Shown: in pieces, positions 18,685 to 27,598 of the stretch
How positions within the stretch are numbered: the stretch's first letter is position 1
Layout: every line of letters starts with the position of its first letter
IMG/VR virus record: IMGVR_UViG_3300023184_000037
Coordinates: 1-64,000 of that record
From: a virus
Direction: 5' to 3' (one strand)
Length of the DNA stretch: 64,000 nucleotides
Program-made: the position numbers and the translations under genes
Notes under the pieces: model-generated
Seen by the model: the letters and a program-made list of their open reading frames with translations, nothing else
Told to the model about the DNA's origin: nothing
The model's database searches: none

Positions 18685-18739
18685 CAAAAAGTTTTACCGT
18701 GTCAGGAATTTATATTATATTTACATATCAAATTAAAAC
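18665..18739 (+). promoter_or_regulatory. conserved putative early promoter, class B
   Basis: AATTGTTAATAACTTTTT-N31-ATTATATTTACATATCAAATTAAAAC. Confidence 0.75.
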
Positions 18740-18748
18740 CTTATAATC

Positions 18749-19039
18749 ATGGACGAAAACTTTGACCTTTTTGAAGACCAAGAAAACGAAATCGACACTA
18801 TTAAAAAAGAAGCCGAAATGAATAACATAATGTATGATTTGAAAATCAAACTTGCAAATGAGAATTATGATTCGATAATTTCTAAAGGAGTTGATTTTAA
18901 ATTAATGGAAAAACAAAACATCGAGATTGAACCTGTTGTTAAAATTCTCGGAGATATGTTAGAGCTTTTTGAAGAGCTTGAAGAGTACGAAAAGTGCGCA
19001 AAAATAAATAAAATACTTAAGAAAGCGCCGGTCCTATAA
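18749..19039 (+). CDS. small acidic protein with C-terminal UVR-like motif
   Basis: Ends MLELFEELEEYEKCAKINKILKK. Confidence 0.75.
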   Translation: MDENFDLFEDQENEIDTIKKEAEMNNIMYDLKIKLANENYDSIISKGVDFKLMEKQNIEIEPVVKILGDMLELFEELEEYEKCAKINKILKKAPVL

Positions 19040-19054
19040 GACCGGTTTTTCTTT
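19027..19054 (+). terminator. rho-independent terminator
   Basis: CCGGTC-ctataa-GACCGG followed by TTTTTCTTT. Confidence 0.65.
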
Positions 19055-19085
19055 AATATATAACATACTAATAAAGTATATCAAT

Positions 19086-19298
19086 ATGGACGAGGAAATA
19101 TTAAAGAAGATTGCGGACAGTCTAGAAAGAATCGCAATTTGCATGGAAAATAAACAATTAAGAGAAATTGCAACCTATAGAAAAGGTCAGGCTGCCCTAG
19201 TTGCTGAGAAAAAAGCAGATAATAAAAAGCAGGCAAAATCTCAACCAATTATTCCTATAGTGAAACAAACAGTTAGAGTTAGAAATTCCGGTAAATAA
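19086..19298 (+). CDS. hypothetical coiled-coil/basic protein
   Basis: 70 aa; LKKIADSLERIA heptad pattern. Confidence 0.65.
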   Translation: MDEEILKKIADSLERIAICMENKQLREIATYRKGQAALVAEKKADNKKQAKSQPIIPIVKQTVRVRNSGK

Positions 19299-19304
19299 AC
19301 TCTA

Positions 19305-20126
19305 ATGAATTACTACGAAACTCTTAACGTTTCAAAAGATGCTACTCCAGAAGAAATCAAAAAATCTTATAGGAAGCTTGTAAAAGAGCATCATCCCGAC
19401 AAAACAGGGGGAGACGATTCAAAATTTAAACAAATATCCGAAGCATACGAAACTCTTTCTGACCCTGTCAAAAAAGAGCAATATGATAATAAGTCTAGAG
19501 GATATTCTCCATTTGGTGGCGGATTTCAAGACACCTCAAATCCTTTTGCACATGCTTTTCGAGGATTTGGTGGAGATTTTGCTGACATGTTTAATCAATC
19601 ATTTGGTGGAGAGGCAAGAGGACACGATGTTAGAATTTCGATGAATATTACCCTTGAAGAATCTTACGAAGGTGTCAGAAAATATATCGATGTCGGGACT
19701 GGTGGATTTAATATCAATATACCTCGAGGAATTTATAGTGGAACAAAACTTAAAGTTCCAGGTCGAGGAGCCCCACATCCTGTAAATTCATCTGCACCTC
19801 CTGGTGATATTATTCTGACTATCAATGTTTTACCAGACCCTGAACTTATTGTTAATGGTAGTGACATCTATGTTGAATTAACCCTAAGCTGGATTGACCT
19901 CTTACTTGGTGGAGAATTTGAAGTCCATACCAAACTAAATTCCCTAAAAATTAAAGTTCCTCAAGGTTCTCATGATTCAAAACTCTTGCGTGTTGTTGGA
20001 CAGGGAATGCCAATATATAACGCAGAAGGATTCGGAAATCTTATGGTAAAACTTAGAACACTTCCCGTAAATTTATCCGAATCTGAAATAGAATTACTCA
20101 AAAAAATAAAAAATCAAAATGAGTAG
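19305..20126 (+). CDS. dnaJ: DnaJ-class co-chaperone (class B/CbpA-like, no zinc finger)
   Basis: J domain with HPD, G/F-rich linker, two C-terminal beta domains. Confidence 0.92.
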   Translation: MNYYETLNVSKDATPEEIKKSYRKLVKEHHPDKTGGDDSKFKQISEAYETLSDPVKKEQYDNKSRGYSPFGGGFQDTSNPFAHAFRGFGGDFADMFNQSFGGEARGHDVRISMNITLEESYEGVRKYIDVGTGGFNINIPRGIYSGTKLKVPGRGAPHPVNSSAPPGDIILTINVLPDPELIVNGSDIYVELTLSWIDLLLGGEFEVHTKLNSLKIKVPQGSHDSKLLRVVGQGMPIYNAEGFGNLMVKLRTLPVNLSESEIELLKKIKNQNE

Positions 20127-20373
20127 CATTGAAGAAAGTCCGGAAGAATCTAGAAAATTTATAAAAAAACTACACGAAGCCTCCAAAGAAGACATGATGG
20201 ATGCGATGTACTCCTCTATTATTAATGGCAGAATGGGTGCCTTAAAGTATGATGGAAGTATTAAAGAGAAAATAGAAGGTGTCCAGACGGTTCTTAATTT
20301 TTTTAAAGAGAAAGAAGATTATGAAAAATGCAAAGAACTTAAGAAAATTATCGACGACCTGTCGGTAATATAA
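20119..20373 (+). CDS. small protein with C-terminal UVR-like motif
   Basis: Ends VLNFFKEKEDYEKCKELKKIIDDL; overlaps the dnaJ stop. Confidence 0.75.
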   Translation: MSSIEESPEESRKFIKKLHEASKEDMMDAMYSSIINGRMGALKYDGSIKEKIEGVQTVLNFFKEKEDYEKCKELKKIIDDLSVI

Positions 20374-20466
20374 TATAGTAACCTTTTTAACCCGGATACC
20401 TTTAATCCTACCGGTTAAAATATATATTATATGCGACTTATGTTGCTTTAAAAACATTGCAATGAG

Positions 20467-20724
20467 ATGGGAGATATTACAGGGGAGGAAAGAGATTCTC
20501 TGATGAGGTCCAGCTACTACATACTTACTAGAAATTTCACAAAAACCATCAATAGATTTGTTGTTTATAATGATGGTAGCCACACAATAGACATTCCGCA
20601 CGGAATCGGACAGCGAAGTAAATTCGTAGATGTCCTAATAGAATATTTTGTTGAGTTAGAGGAATATGAAAAATGTGAATCGCTCAAAAAATTAAAAGAA
20701 CTAGTCATGATGACTGGTGATTAA
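20467..20724 (+). CDS. small protein with C-terminal UVR-like motif
   Basis: Ends LIEYFVELEEYEKCESLKKLKEL. Confidence 0.75.
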   Translation: MGDITGEERDSLMRSSYYILTRNFTKTINRFVVYNDGSHTIDIPHGIGQRSKFVDVLIEYFVELEEYEKCESLKKLKELVMMTGD

Positions 20725-20740
20725 ATAAATACAAATTTGT

Positions 20741-21505
20741 ATGCAAAAAAGAACGGTGGAAAGTAAATCAAGATCGACTAAGGCAAAGCCAAAAACTACG
20801 TCTACAGCCGCTAAAAATCCAGTTGGACGTCCTAAAAAAACAGTAGTTAAAGAATTAGATTTAGTCGGAGTTCAATTAAAACCAGGACAATATGATTATT
20901 TTGAAAAAATCAAAAAGAATGAAATAACATTCTGTTCCGGTCCAGCAGGTACTTCAAAAACATTTACTGCATGTTACACTTCACTATGGTTATTAGCGAC
21001 TCAGGCAGTTTCAAAAATTATATTATGTAAACCAATTCAAGAATCCGGAGAGAAACTTGGATTCCTACCTGGAGATATTGCAGACAAGGTCGACCCGTAC
21101 ATGCAATCATATATTTCAAACTTTAAAAAAATAGTAGGTGATGAATTAACAGAAGGACTAATCGCTTCAGGAGCTATCGAATTTAAACCACTAGCGTTTA
21201 TGAGAGGTGATACGTTTGACGATTCGTTCATGATTCTAGATGAAGCCCAAAATGCTTCGTTTAAACAATTAATGTTATTTACGACCCGTATGGGTAAAAA
21301 TTCTAAAGTTCTGGTAACTGGAGACGTTAGTCAATATGATATACCAAAAGCCAGCGCTGGTCTTCCAGGATTCATGCAATTAATGAAGGGAATTAAAGGA
21401 ACTGGAGAACATGTTTTTGAAAATAAAGATATTGTAAGAGCTAAAATACTTCAAGATGTTGTAGACAGATATGACAAATGGAGAGTTGAAAATCCTGAAA
21501 AATAA
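20741..21505 (+). CDS. phoH: PhoH family ATPase
   Basis: GPAGTSKT, GEKLGFLPG, MRGDTF, ILDEAQN, TRMG, GDVSQYD. Confidence 0.93.
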   Translation: MQKRTVESKSRSTKAKPKTTSTAAKNPVGRPKKTVVKELDLVGVQLKPGQYDYFEKIKKNEITFCSGPAGTSKTFTACYTSLWLLATQAVSKIILCKPIQESGEKLGFLPGDIADKVDPYMQSYISNFKKIVGDELTEGLIASGAIEFKPLAFMRGDTFDDSFMILDEAQNASFKQLMLFTTRMGKNSKVLVTGDVSQYDIPKASAGLPGFMQLMKGIKGTGEHVFENKDIVRAKILQDVVDRYDKWRVENPEK

Positions 21506-21506
21506 G

Positions 21507-21533
21507 AAACTATCTGGAATCCATCTATATAAT
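21507..21533 (+). promoter_or_regulatory. AAAC-N17-TATAAT promoter
   Basis: Exact spacing. Confidence 0.65.
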
Positions 21534-21550
21534 ACTTATAAAATATATAG

Positions 21551-22183
21551 ATGGAAACCAGACAAATACTACTTAAGCACTCCTACTCAGGAGACGAATC
21601 AATTATAGAAATTGGTGTTGATGAGGCTGGCCGAGGTTCACTAAGTGGACCTGTTACGGTTGCCGCATGTATAATGCCATTTGGATTTGAAAATCCTCTA
21701 ATCAAAGATTCAAAACTATTAAACGAACAACAGAGAAAAGATGCTCGTCGAATCATTGAGGAAAACGCAATTGCGTATCACATTGAACATATCTCTCCTG
21801 AAGATATTGAAGCAACTAATATCCTAAAAGCAACCTTAATTGGAATGCAAAGATGTTTAGAAGGGGTACAAAAGACAAATCAATTTAACTTTATTTTAGT
21901 CGATGGCGATCAATTCCATGGATTCGAGGGAATTCCATTTGAAACTGTGGTCGGAGGAGACAACAAATACATATCAATCGCGGCGGCCAGTATTCTAGCC
22001 AAAACCGAACGGGATTCTATAATGAAAGATTTGGATATTGAGATCCCTGGATATGGATGGAATTCAAATAAAGGATATGGGACTAAACAACATATTGATG
22101 CAATTAAATCTTTAGGTCCTAGTAAACAACACCGTATGAGTTTCATTTCTCATCTACTAACCGAAACGGGTTCTTTATTTTGA
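21551..22183 (+). CDS. rnhB: ribonuclease HII
   Basis: GVDEAGRG, DSKLL, LVDG, IAAASILAK, NKGYGT, HRMSF. Confidence 0.95.
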   Translation: METRQILLKHSYSGDESIIEIGVDEAGRGSLSGPVTVAACIMPFGFENPLIKDSKLLNEQQRKDARRIIEENAIAYHIEHISPEDIEATNILKATLIGMQRCLEGVQKTNQFNFILVDGDQFHGFEGIPFETVVGGDNKYISIAAASILAKTERDSIMKDLDIEIPGYGWNSNKGYGTKQHIDAIKSLGPSKQHRMSFISHLLTETGSLF

Positions 22184-22524
22184 GGTCGTTAATATATGGA
22201 ATCTTATTGTTCCTATTTGGACAATCATTTATATGGTTCCAAACAAATGGTCAGTTTATGTGGCCATGGTTTAAAAGGAATCCACTTCTAGTTGCAATAA
22301 TTGGAGGTTCTACAATATCATACATTTTTATAGAGGCGACCAGAATGATTGCAGAATATTATGATGGGCAATTATGGCCCGGAAGATTTATTGGATTCAC
22401 AATGGGTATGGTTTCTTTCTCTCTCTTAACCTATTTGATAATGGGAGAATCCTTAAATACCAAAACAATAATTTGTTTAGTGCTTTCATTTGTTATAATT
22501 TGCGTTCAGATATTTTGGAAATAA
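22180..22524 (+). CDS. small integral membrane protein (about 4 TM, SMR/DMT-like)
   Basis: Four hydrophobic segments; GESL before the last helix; TTG start overlapping the rnhB stop. Confidence 0.65.
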   Translation: MRSLIYGILLFLFGQSFIWFQTNGQFMWPWFKRNPLLVAIIGGSTISYIFIEATRMIAEYYDGQLWPGRFIGFTMGMVSFSLLTYLIMGESLNTKTIICLVLSFVIICVQIFWK

Positions 22525-22609
22525 CTTTAACAAAACTTTAACAAAACTTTAACACTCCAGAATTTCGGTTCTGGAGTTTTTTGATTATATTTACATATCT
22601 AATTAAAAC
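22525..22609 (+). promoter_or_regulatory. conserved putative early promoter, class A, with three 11-bp repeats
   Basis: TTAACA at 22527, 22538 and 22549; core at 22584. Confidence 0.8.
22554..22582 (+). terminator. rho-independent terminator nested in the promoter spacer
   Basis: ACTCCAGAAT-TTCG-GTTCTGGAGT followed by a T run. Confidence 0.75.
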
Positions 22610-22620
22610 AAAGAAATATT

Positions 22621-22881
22621 ATGAGTTACACAAATTTTGACAGACACGAATTTATGACCGCAGAAACTAGAACTGAAATCATGGAAATCATTAGAGAACT
22701 TAGAGATAATGACCACTCTAGAAACTTAGAAAACATGATGTACGGTTTATATGATGGATATTTGTATGATAACATTCAAATTGAAGCCCTTCAATTACCT
22801 ACCGAATTAGCATCAAAAGTTATGCGAATCTTCGATATCTGTAACCGTTACCCTAAATACGAACCTCAAACAAATTATTAA
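22621..22881 (+). CDS. hypothetical protein
   Basis: 86 aa ORF after a class A promoter. Confidence 0.75.
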   Translation: MSYTNFDRHEFMTAETRTEIMEIIRELRDNDHSRNLENMMYGLYDGYLYDNIQIEALQLPTELASKVMRIFDICNRYPKYEPQTNY

Positions 22882-22883
22882 TC

Positions 22884-23411
22884 ATGGAAACTTTCGAAAA
22901 AATAGAAGTAGTAAAAAACCTAGTTGCAAAATATCTTAAAGAAAACGGTGTACATGCTGGATTATCTGAAGCGGATTGCCAAAATGACCATATTGTTCAA
23001 ATTGGAACTTCAATCTTATGTACCAGATGGAATGTTGGATATGCAGGCGGTGGATTTGTTCAAGCGGTTGTAGACAATGATTTGCAAAGAGCAATTTCAA
23101 ATGCAGATAGTACAAATGTTCGTGCTCTTAAATTCTACTGTCAATTAATGTATAACGTTGGCATGCCCTATTTTGAGGAACCACTAGGAGAAATGGAACA
23201 ATTCATTAAAGATATTGCTAATGATTATCAATTTGACAAATCTCATCCTGAATACTGTGGATTTTTAAACATAAATCCGTCTGAGCATAGAATGGGTCTC
23301 AGCTTTGTATATCACTATAAAACCCAATTTGTTACCGAATTATTACGTAAATATGGAATCTGGTATGAATCAGTACCTAACTTAGAGGAAGTGGTATTCA
23401 TAAAATTATAA
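22884..23411 (+). CDS. hypothetical protein
   Basis: 175 aa; GGGFVQAVVDNDL..A...AD motif. Confidence 0.75.
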   Translation: METFEKIEVVKNLVAKYLKENGVHAGLSEADCQNDHIVQIGTSILCTRWNVGYAGGGFVQAVVDNDLQRAISNADSTNVRALKFYCQLMYNVGMPYFEEPLGEMEQFIKDIANDYQFDKSHPEYCGFLNINPSEHRMGLSFVYHYKTQFVTELLRKYGIWYESVPNLEEVVFIKL

Positions 23412-23436
23412 ACTTTTAAAATTAACTTAATATAAT
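23410..23436 (+). promoter_or_regulatory. AAAC-N17-TATAAT promoter
   Basis: Exact spacing. Confidence 0.65.
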
Positions 23437-23440
23437 ATGC

Positions 23441-24358
23441 ATGGGAGCTAACTACGGATATTGTTGCATAAATTTGACTCTGGACAAGAGTGGTATTAAA
23501 ATCGGGCGTTCAATGATTAAAAAAACATTTGCTGCGAAAGGTATCAAATATGCTGGAGAACTTGCAGAGGCAAATCTCCGTGACATGATAGAAATTATTA
23601 AATGGAATCATAAGAACGGAATCAAAGTGTACCGTATGTCTTCTAATATGTTTCCATGGATGTCAGAATACGAACTTACTGATTTGCCAAACTGGCCAAC
23701 AATCCAAAATTTACTAAAAGGTGCCGGTACTCTTGCACTAAAATACGGTCAACGTATTGGTTTCCATCCTGGGCAGTTTTGCGTATTGCCTAGCCCAACT
23801 CAAAAAACGGTCGATGCTACTGTAAAAGAACTTGACCAATCTGCATTTATATTAGATACTATGGGCCTTCCGGTAAATCAACTCTATCCGATGAATATCC
23901 ATGTTGGTGGTTCTTATGGTGACAAAGAAGCTGCAATCCTTCGATTCATCGAAAATTTCAAATTGTTATCACCTTCTGCCCAAGCCCGTTTAATCCTAGA
24001 AAATGACGATAAACCTGCGCAATATTCAGTAAGTGACCTTTACCGAATTTATCAAGCAATCGGTACACCTATAACATTTGATTACCATCACCATAGATGT
24101 TACAATGACCCTATGCCGGAAGAGGAAGCAATTCGTTTAGCAGCATCTACATGGCCCAAAGGAATTCGTCAATTGTGTCACTACTCAAGCGCCAAGAAAT
24201 TACATGAAGACCCTACTGCTATTATCAGGGCCCATGCTGATTACCTATACGAATCAATCAATACTTACGGCCTGGAAATAGATATCGAAATAGAGGCCAA
24301 AGCAAAAGAATTGGCTCTCCAAAAATACCAAAAAGAATATATACTCTGTGAAAAATAA
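23441..24358 (+). CDS. uvsE: UV DNA damage endonuclease (UvdE/UvsE)
   Basis: GYCCIN, YRMSS, HPGQF, NIHVGG, LENDDK, FDYHHH, HAD, EAKAKE. Confidence 0.93.
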   Translation: MGANYGYCCINLTLDKSGIKIGRSMIKKTFAAKGIKYAGELAEANLRDMIEIIKWNHKNGIKVYRMSSNMFPWMSEYELTDLPNWPTIQNLLKGAGTLALKYGQRIGFHPGQFCVLPSPTQKTVDATVKELDQSAFILDTMGLPVNQLYPMNIHVGGSYGDKEAAILRFIENFKLLSPSAQARLILENDDKPAQYSVSDLYRIYQAIGTPITFDYHHHRCYNDPMPEEEAIRLAASTWPKGIRQLCHYSSAKKLHEDPTAIIRAHADYLYESINTYGLEIDIEIEAKAKELALQKYQKEYILCEK

Positions 24359-24665
24359 AACGATTGAGTTAGAAAATCTTAAAAAAGAAGCTAACTTATT
24401 TTTAGAGGCTCTTAAAAAGGAAGGCATCGAAACAAAATCAATGTCTAAACTTGTAACTACATGCGTAATAGAACGTAGACCTTTAACAGACGAAGAAGGA
24501 AAGAAGTTTGCTAATCAATTAAAAAATCTGGTTAAAACCTTAGGGCTAGCCACAATAATCCTAATGCCAGGAGGTTCTATAATTTTTATATTGATGCACT
24601 ATTTGAAACTCCGAGACTACTTCCTATCGGAAAGTTTTAGTTATTTAAAAAATAAAGATATATAA
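24348..24665 (+). CDS. small LETM1-like membrane protein
   Basis: LTDEE.KK...QL..LVKT......LMPGGS...LSESF resembles the LETM1 TM/PGG segment; GTG start. Confidence 0.55.
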   Translation: MKNKTIELENLKKEANLFLEALKKEGIETKSMSKLVTTCVIERRPLTDEEGKKFANQLKNLVKTLGLATIILMPGGSIIFILMHYLKLRDYFLSESFSYLKNKDI

Positions 24666-24691
24666 AATCTAAACAAAAATACAAATAAATT

Positions 24692-25174
24692 ATGGCAAGT
24701 ATTAAAAAATTCGACGAATTTGTTTCAGAAATGGACAGAGCCGAGGAAATAGAACAAGACATTGTTGCTAAAGGAACACCTGAAGTTAAATCTGAAGAGG
24801 AAGCAGAAGAGGAAGCAGAAGAGGTTCAAGGAGTATCTGAAGCAGGTGAAGCAATAATTGGAGATGATGCTAAAAAAATCAAAGAGGAAACTAAACCTGT
24901 TGCTGACATGTTAAAAGAATGTTACGAAGCAGTTATTGCAGAAGCTAAAGCGTGGGAAGAAGATGCACATGATGAGCATACTGTAGAAACTTATATGGCT
25001 GAAAATGCATCACTTGTTGCGGGTATGGCGGCTAATTGTGTTAAAGAGATGAAAGAAAACATGGAATCTGAAGCCTATGAAGCATGCTTAAATAAAATGA
25101 GCGAAGCTTTCAGTAAGAAAATTAATGAAAGTAAAGAGGCTACGGCTGCTACTGACGCTGACGATATCAACTAA
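24692..25174 (+). CDS. highly acidic protein, putative internal head/scaffold protein
   Basis: Starts MASIKKFDEFVSE; Glu-rich; GATATATA upstream. Confidence 0.7.
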   Translation: MASIKKFDEFVSEMDRAEEIEQDIVAKGTPEVKSEEEAEEEAEEVQGVSEAGEAIIGDDAKKIKEETKPVADMLKECYEAVIAEAKAWEEDAHDEHTVETYMAENASLVAGMAANCVKEMKENMESEAYEACLNKMSEAFSKKINESKEATAATDADDIN

Positions 25175-25192
25175 TAAATCCGGTTAACCGGT

Positions 25193-25241
25193 AAACTAAA
25201 TAAAAAGTCTATATATAATATAACATATATAGACTTTTTTT
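25193..25241 (+). promoter_or_regulatory. AAAC-N17-TATAAT promoter overlapped by a 15-bp inverted repeat (possible bidirectional terminator)
   Basis: AAAAAGTCTATATAT ... ATATATAGACTTTTT spans the -10 box. Confidence 0.6.
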
Positions 25242-25754
25242 ATGCCAAAAATTCCGACGGAAATAATTTATATGCAAGTTGCATATCAGTTCGCAAAACT
25301 TAGTTACGCTGAACGTAGAAAGGTAGGATGTGTTATTGTAAAAGACAAACAAGTAATTTCGTTTGGTTATAATGGTACTCCTCATGGGTTCGAAAATGAA
25401 TGTGAATGCGAGGTTAAAATGGACTCAGATGCCGGAGCATGGCTAGACCTTGAAACTATCGAAGAACAATGGCCATTTCAAAATTCAGAAGGTAGATACA
25501 AATTGACTACTAAACGTGAAGTTCTGCATGCAGAATCTAACGCAATTATGAAAGTTGCAAAATCGACTATGAGTTGCGAAGGAGCAGATTTATATACTAC
25601 AACATGTCCATGCTTTGATTGTGCAAAACTAATCATACAGGCCGGAATAAAAAAGGTCTACTACACTGAAGATTATAGAGACATGAGTGGCGTTGAACTA
25701 CTTAAAAGAGCAGAAATTAAAGTTGAACAAGTAATAACCTGGAATGAGCATTAA
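25242..25754 (+). CDS. dCMP deaminase
   Basis: KVGCVIV, GYNGTP, HAESNA, PCFDC zinc motif. Confidence 0.92.
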   Translation: MPKIPTEIIYMQVAYQFAKLSYAERRKVGCVIVKDKQVISFGYNGTPHGFENECECEVKMDSDAGAWLDLETIEEQWPFQNSEGRYKLTTKREVLHAESNAIMKVAKSTMSCEGADLYTTTCPCFDCAKLIIQAGIKKVYYTEDYRDMSGVELLKRAEIKVEQVITWNEH

Positions 25755-25944
25755 TAAAATATTTGTTCCGGAAAAAAAGGAACTCAAGCAATTTCTTAAA
25801 AATAACGGCAGCGAATTATTTTATTTGAGATATGTTAAAAAAGCGGATGCCTTAATTGGAAGTTCAAAGTCTATAGACTACATCGATAAATTTATAAATA
25901 AATACAGTAATGAGAATGATTCAGTCTTTTTTGAATTGGACTAG
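25744..25944 (+). CDS. hypothetical protein
   Basis: 66 aa, overlaps the previous stop. Confidence 0.6.
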   Translation: MSINKIFVPEKKELKQFLKNNGSELFYLRYVKKADALIGSSKSIDYIDKFINKYSNENDSVFFELD

Positions 25945-25990
25945 GAAACATTTTTTTAAAAATCAATATAATCATAAAAATACACTAAAA

Positions 25991-26503
25991 ATGGAACTAG
26001 TGAAAGAAGATGTAAGAAAATATCAATGGAGGTCTGGTGATGACTTTGGTAAAATAGTCGAGGTTGAATCAGTCGACGGAGAATTTACAAACTTTACTGA
26101 TGGTAGTAGAATATTTAATAATGTTTTACCGGAATTTCTAGAAGAAATTGTAGATGGGGTAATACCATTTCCAGGAGTTCAGGAACTAAGTTCAATGGCT
26201 CCTGTTGTAAATGTAACTCCAAATGTACAGGAAGTAACTCCTGCTAAACCTAAAGAATCTCCATTAGAACAATTAATTAACAAGCTTTCTAAAAAGAATG
26301 TTGAACCATTTGAAGCTAAAATTAACCTAAACATACCAAATAAAAAAGTATTTGATATGTTAATTGATAACGCTGACGAAGACAGAGAAGAACTAATTAA
26401 AACTATCGCAAAGGTGGCAGTGTCGCAAATTGAGATAGATAAACTACAAGAATATTTAACTGAAGAAGTATCAATTTTTATAAACAATTACTATAATGAC
26501 TAA
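25991..26503 (+). CDS. hypothetical protein (start moved to MELVKED...)
   Basis: The track ORF starts at 25910, but an AAAC-N17-TATAAT promoter at 25946-25972 and the overlap with the previous gene favour the ATG at 25991. Confidence 0.7.
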   Translation: MELVKEDVRKYQWRSGDDFGKIVEVESVDGEFTNFTDGSRIFNNVLPEFLEEIVDGVIPFPGVQELSSMAPVVNVTPNVQEVTPAKPKESPLEQLINKLSKKNVEPFEAKINLNIPNKKVFDMLIDNADEDREELIKTIAKVAVSQIEIDKLQEYLTEEVSIFINNYYND

Positions 26504-26888
26504 AACAGCAACAGTCTCTAGAAGACAAAGAAGAGCTCAATTGAGTGCAATGGGTTATTTAAAAATCAAAAACCAATTAAATCCGCTTTCTGCCCAAGGT
26601 ATTGAATTACGAAATAGCTTAAGAGCAAATTCTAAAGCAGCAAGAGAGGCTTTTGAAAAAAGAATAATGGACCAAATCGAAGAACAATTAGCACAAAGAG
26701 CTGAAAGTTTAAAATCAACTTGGAAAGAAATTGGGTATAATGATGCAGAAATCGAAATGCTAAGTGAGGCATTCTTTACATTATCTGTTAAAAATAAACA
26801 AACTCTTAGAGAAGACAAAAAAGCGGCTAGAAAATTAATGAAGGACGCTAAAGATTCACTAATAGGAAGATTAAATGCAAACAGTTAA
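26496..26888 (+). CDS. hypothetical basic helical protein
   Basis: 130 aa; SRRQRR N-terminus. Confidence 0.7.
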   Translation: MTKTATVSRRQRRAQLSAMGYLKIKNQLNPLSAQGIELRNSLRANSKAAREAFEKRIMDQIEEQLAQRAESLKSTWKEIGYNDAEIEMLSEAFFTLSVKNKQTLREDKKAARKLMKDAKDSLIGRLNANS

Positions 26889-27210
26889 GATAACACTAGC
26901 AGACAACGGTGTTATTAAAACGGTAGTAGATGATAATATTAATGCTGGAGGGGAAAGTTATGAATCAACAGTAGTATATGATTTCTCTGACCAAATTTCC
27001 AAAATTAAATTCATTGAAGACCTTTGCATCGACATAGGTCTTTCTTTTGGTAATTCCAAAAGCAAAAACCAAATCAAAATTATCGAATCGTGGGGAGTTG
27101 ATTACATTCCAAATGAGAAAGATAAAAATGAAAAAATAGAAACTTTAAAATCCGATCTTAAAAGATTATCGGGTGGGAAGTTAACAATTAATGAACAACC
27201 TACAAATTGA
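26875..27210 (+). CDS. hypothetical protein
   Basis: 111 aa, overlapping operon packing. Confidence 0.7.
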   Translation: MQTVKITLADNGVIKTVVDDNINAGGESYESTVVYDFSDQISKIKFIEDLCIDIGLSFGNSKSKNQIKIIESWGVDYIPNEKDKNEKIETLKSDLKRLSGGKLTINEQPTN

Positions 27211-27598
27211 TTGCATTTGGTGTCCATCGCGCAGAGATTTTAATAGGTTTATAAAAGGTACATTAAAAGAGTCGACTAAAATAATAGACTTTTTTAGTAT
27301 TAAAAATAAACTTATAAAAGCTGACCCATACTGTGGGGACCCGAATGACTCAATAATTGGTTTGACTATAATAAACGAGATTACGCGATGCTTACGCTCC
27401 GACACAAAGGACGTAGATCGCGTAATTTATGTTTTTAGAAGTCTCGATTCTGATATTGTAGGTAACTTTAAAACCTTAATTCAAACTAATACTGAAAGAG
27501 AATTCTCTATCTCTTTAATCGTCATCGATAAAAATAAAAAGATTGATGAGAAAATACTCGAACAATTTGACAGTATTGAAATAATACAAAATGATTAG
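27191..27598 (+). CDS. hypothetical protein
   Basis: 135 aa, alternating alpha/beta pattern. Confidence 0.65.
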   Translation: MNNLQIDCIWCPSRRDFNRFIKGTLKESTKIIDFFSIKNKLIKADPYCGDPNDSIIGLTIINEITRCLRSDTKDVDRVIYVFRSLDSDIVGNFKTLIQTNTEREFSISLIVIDKNKKIDEKILEQFDSIEIIQND

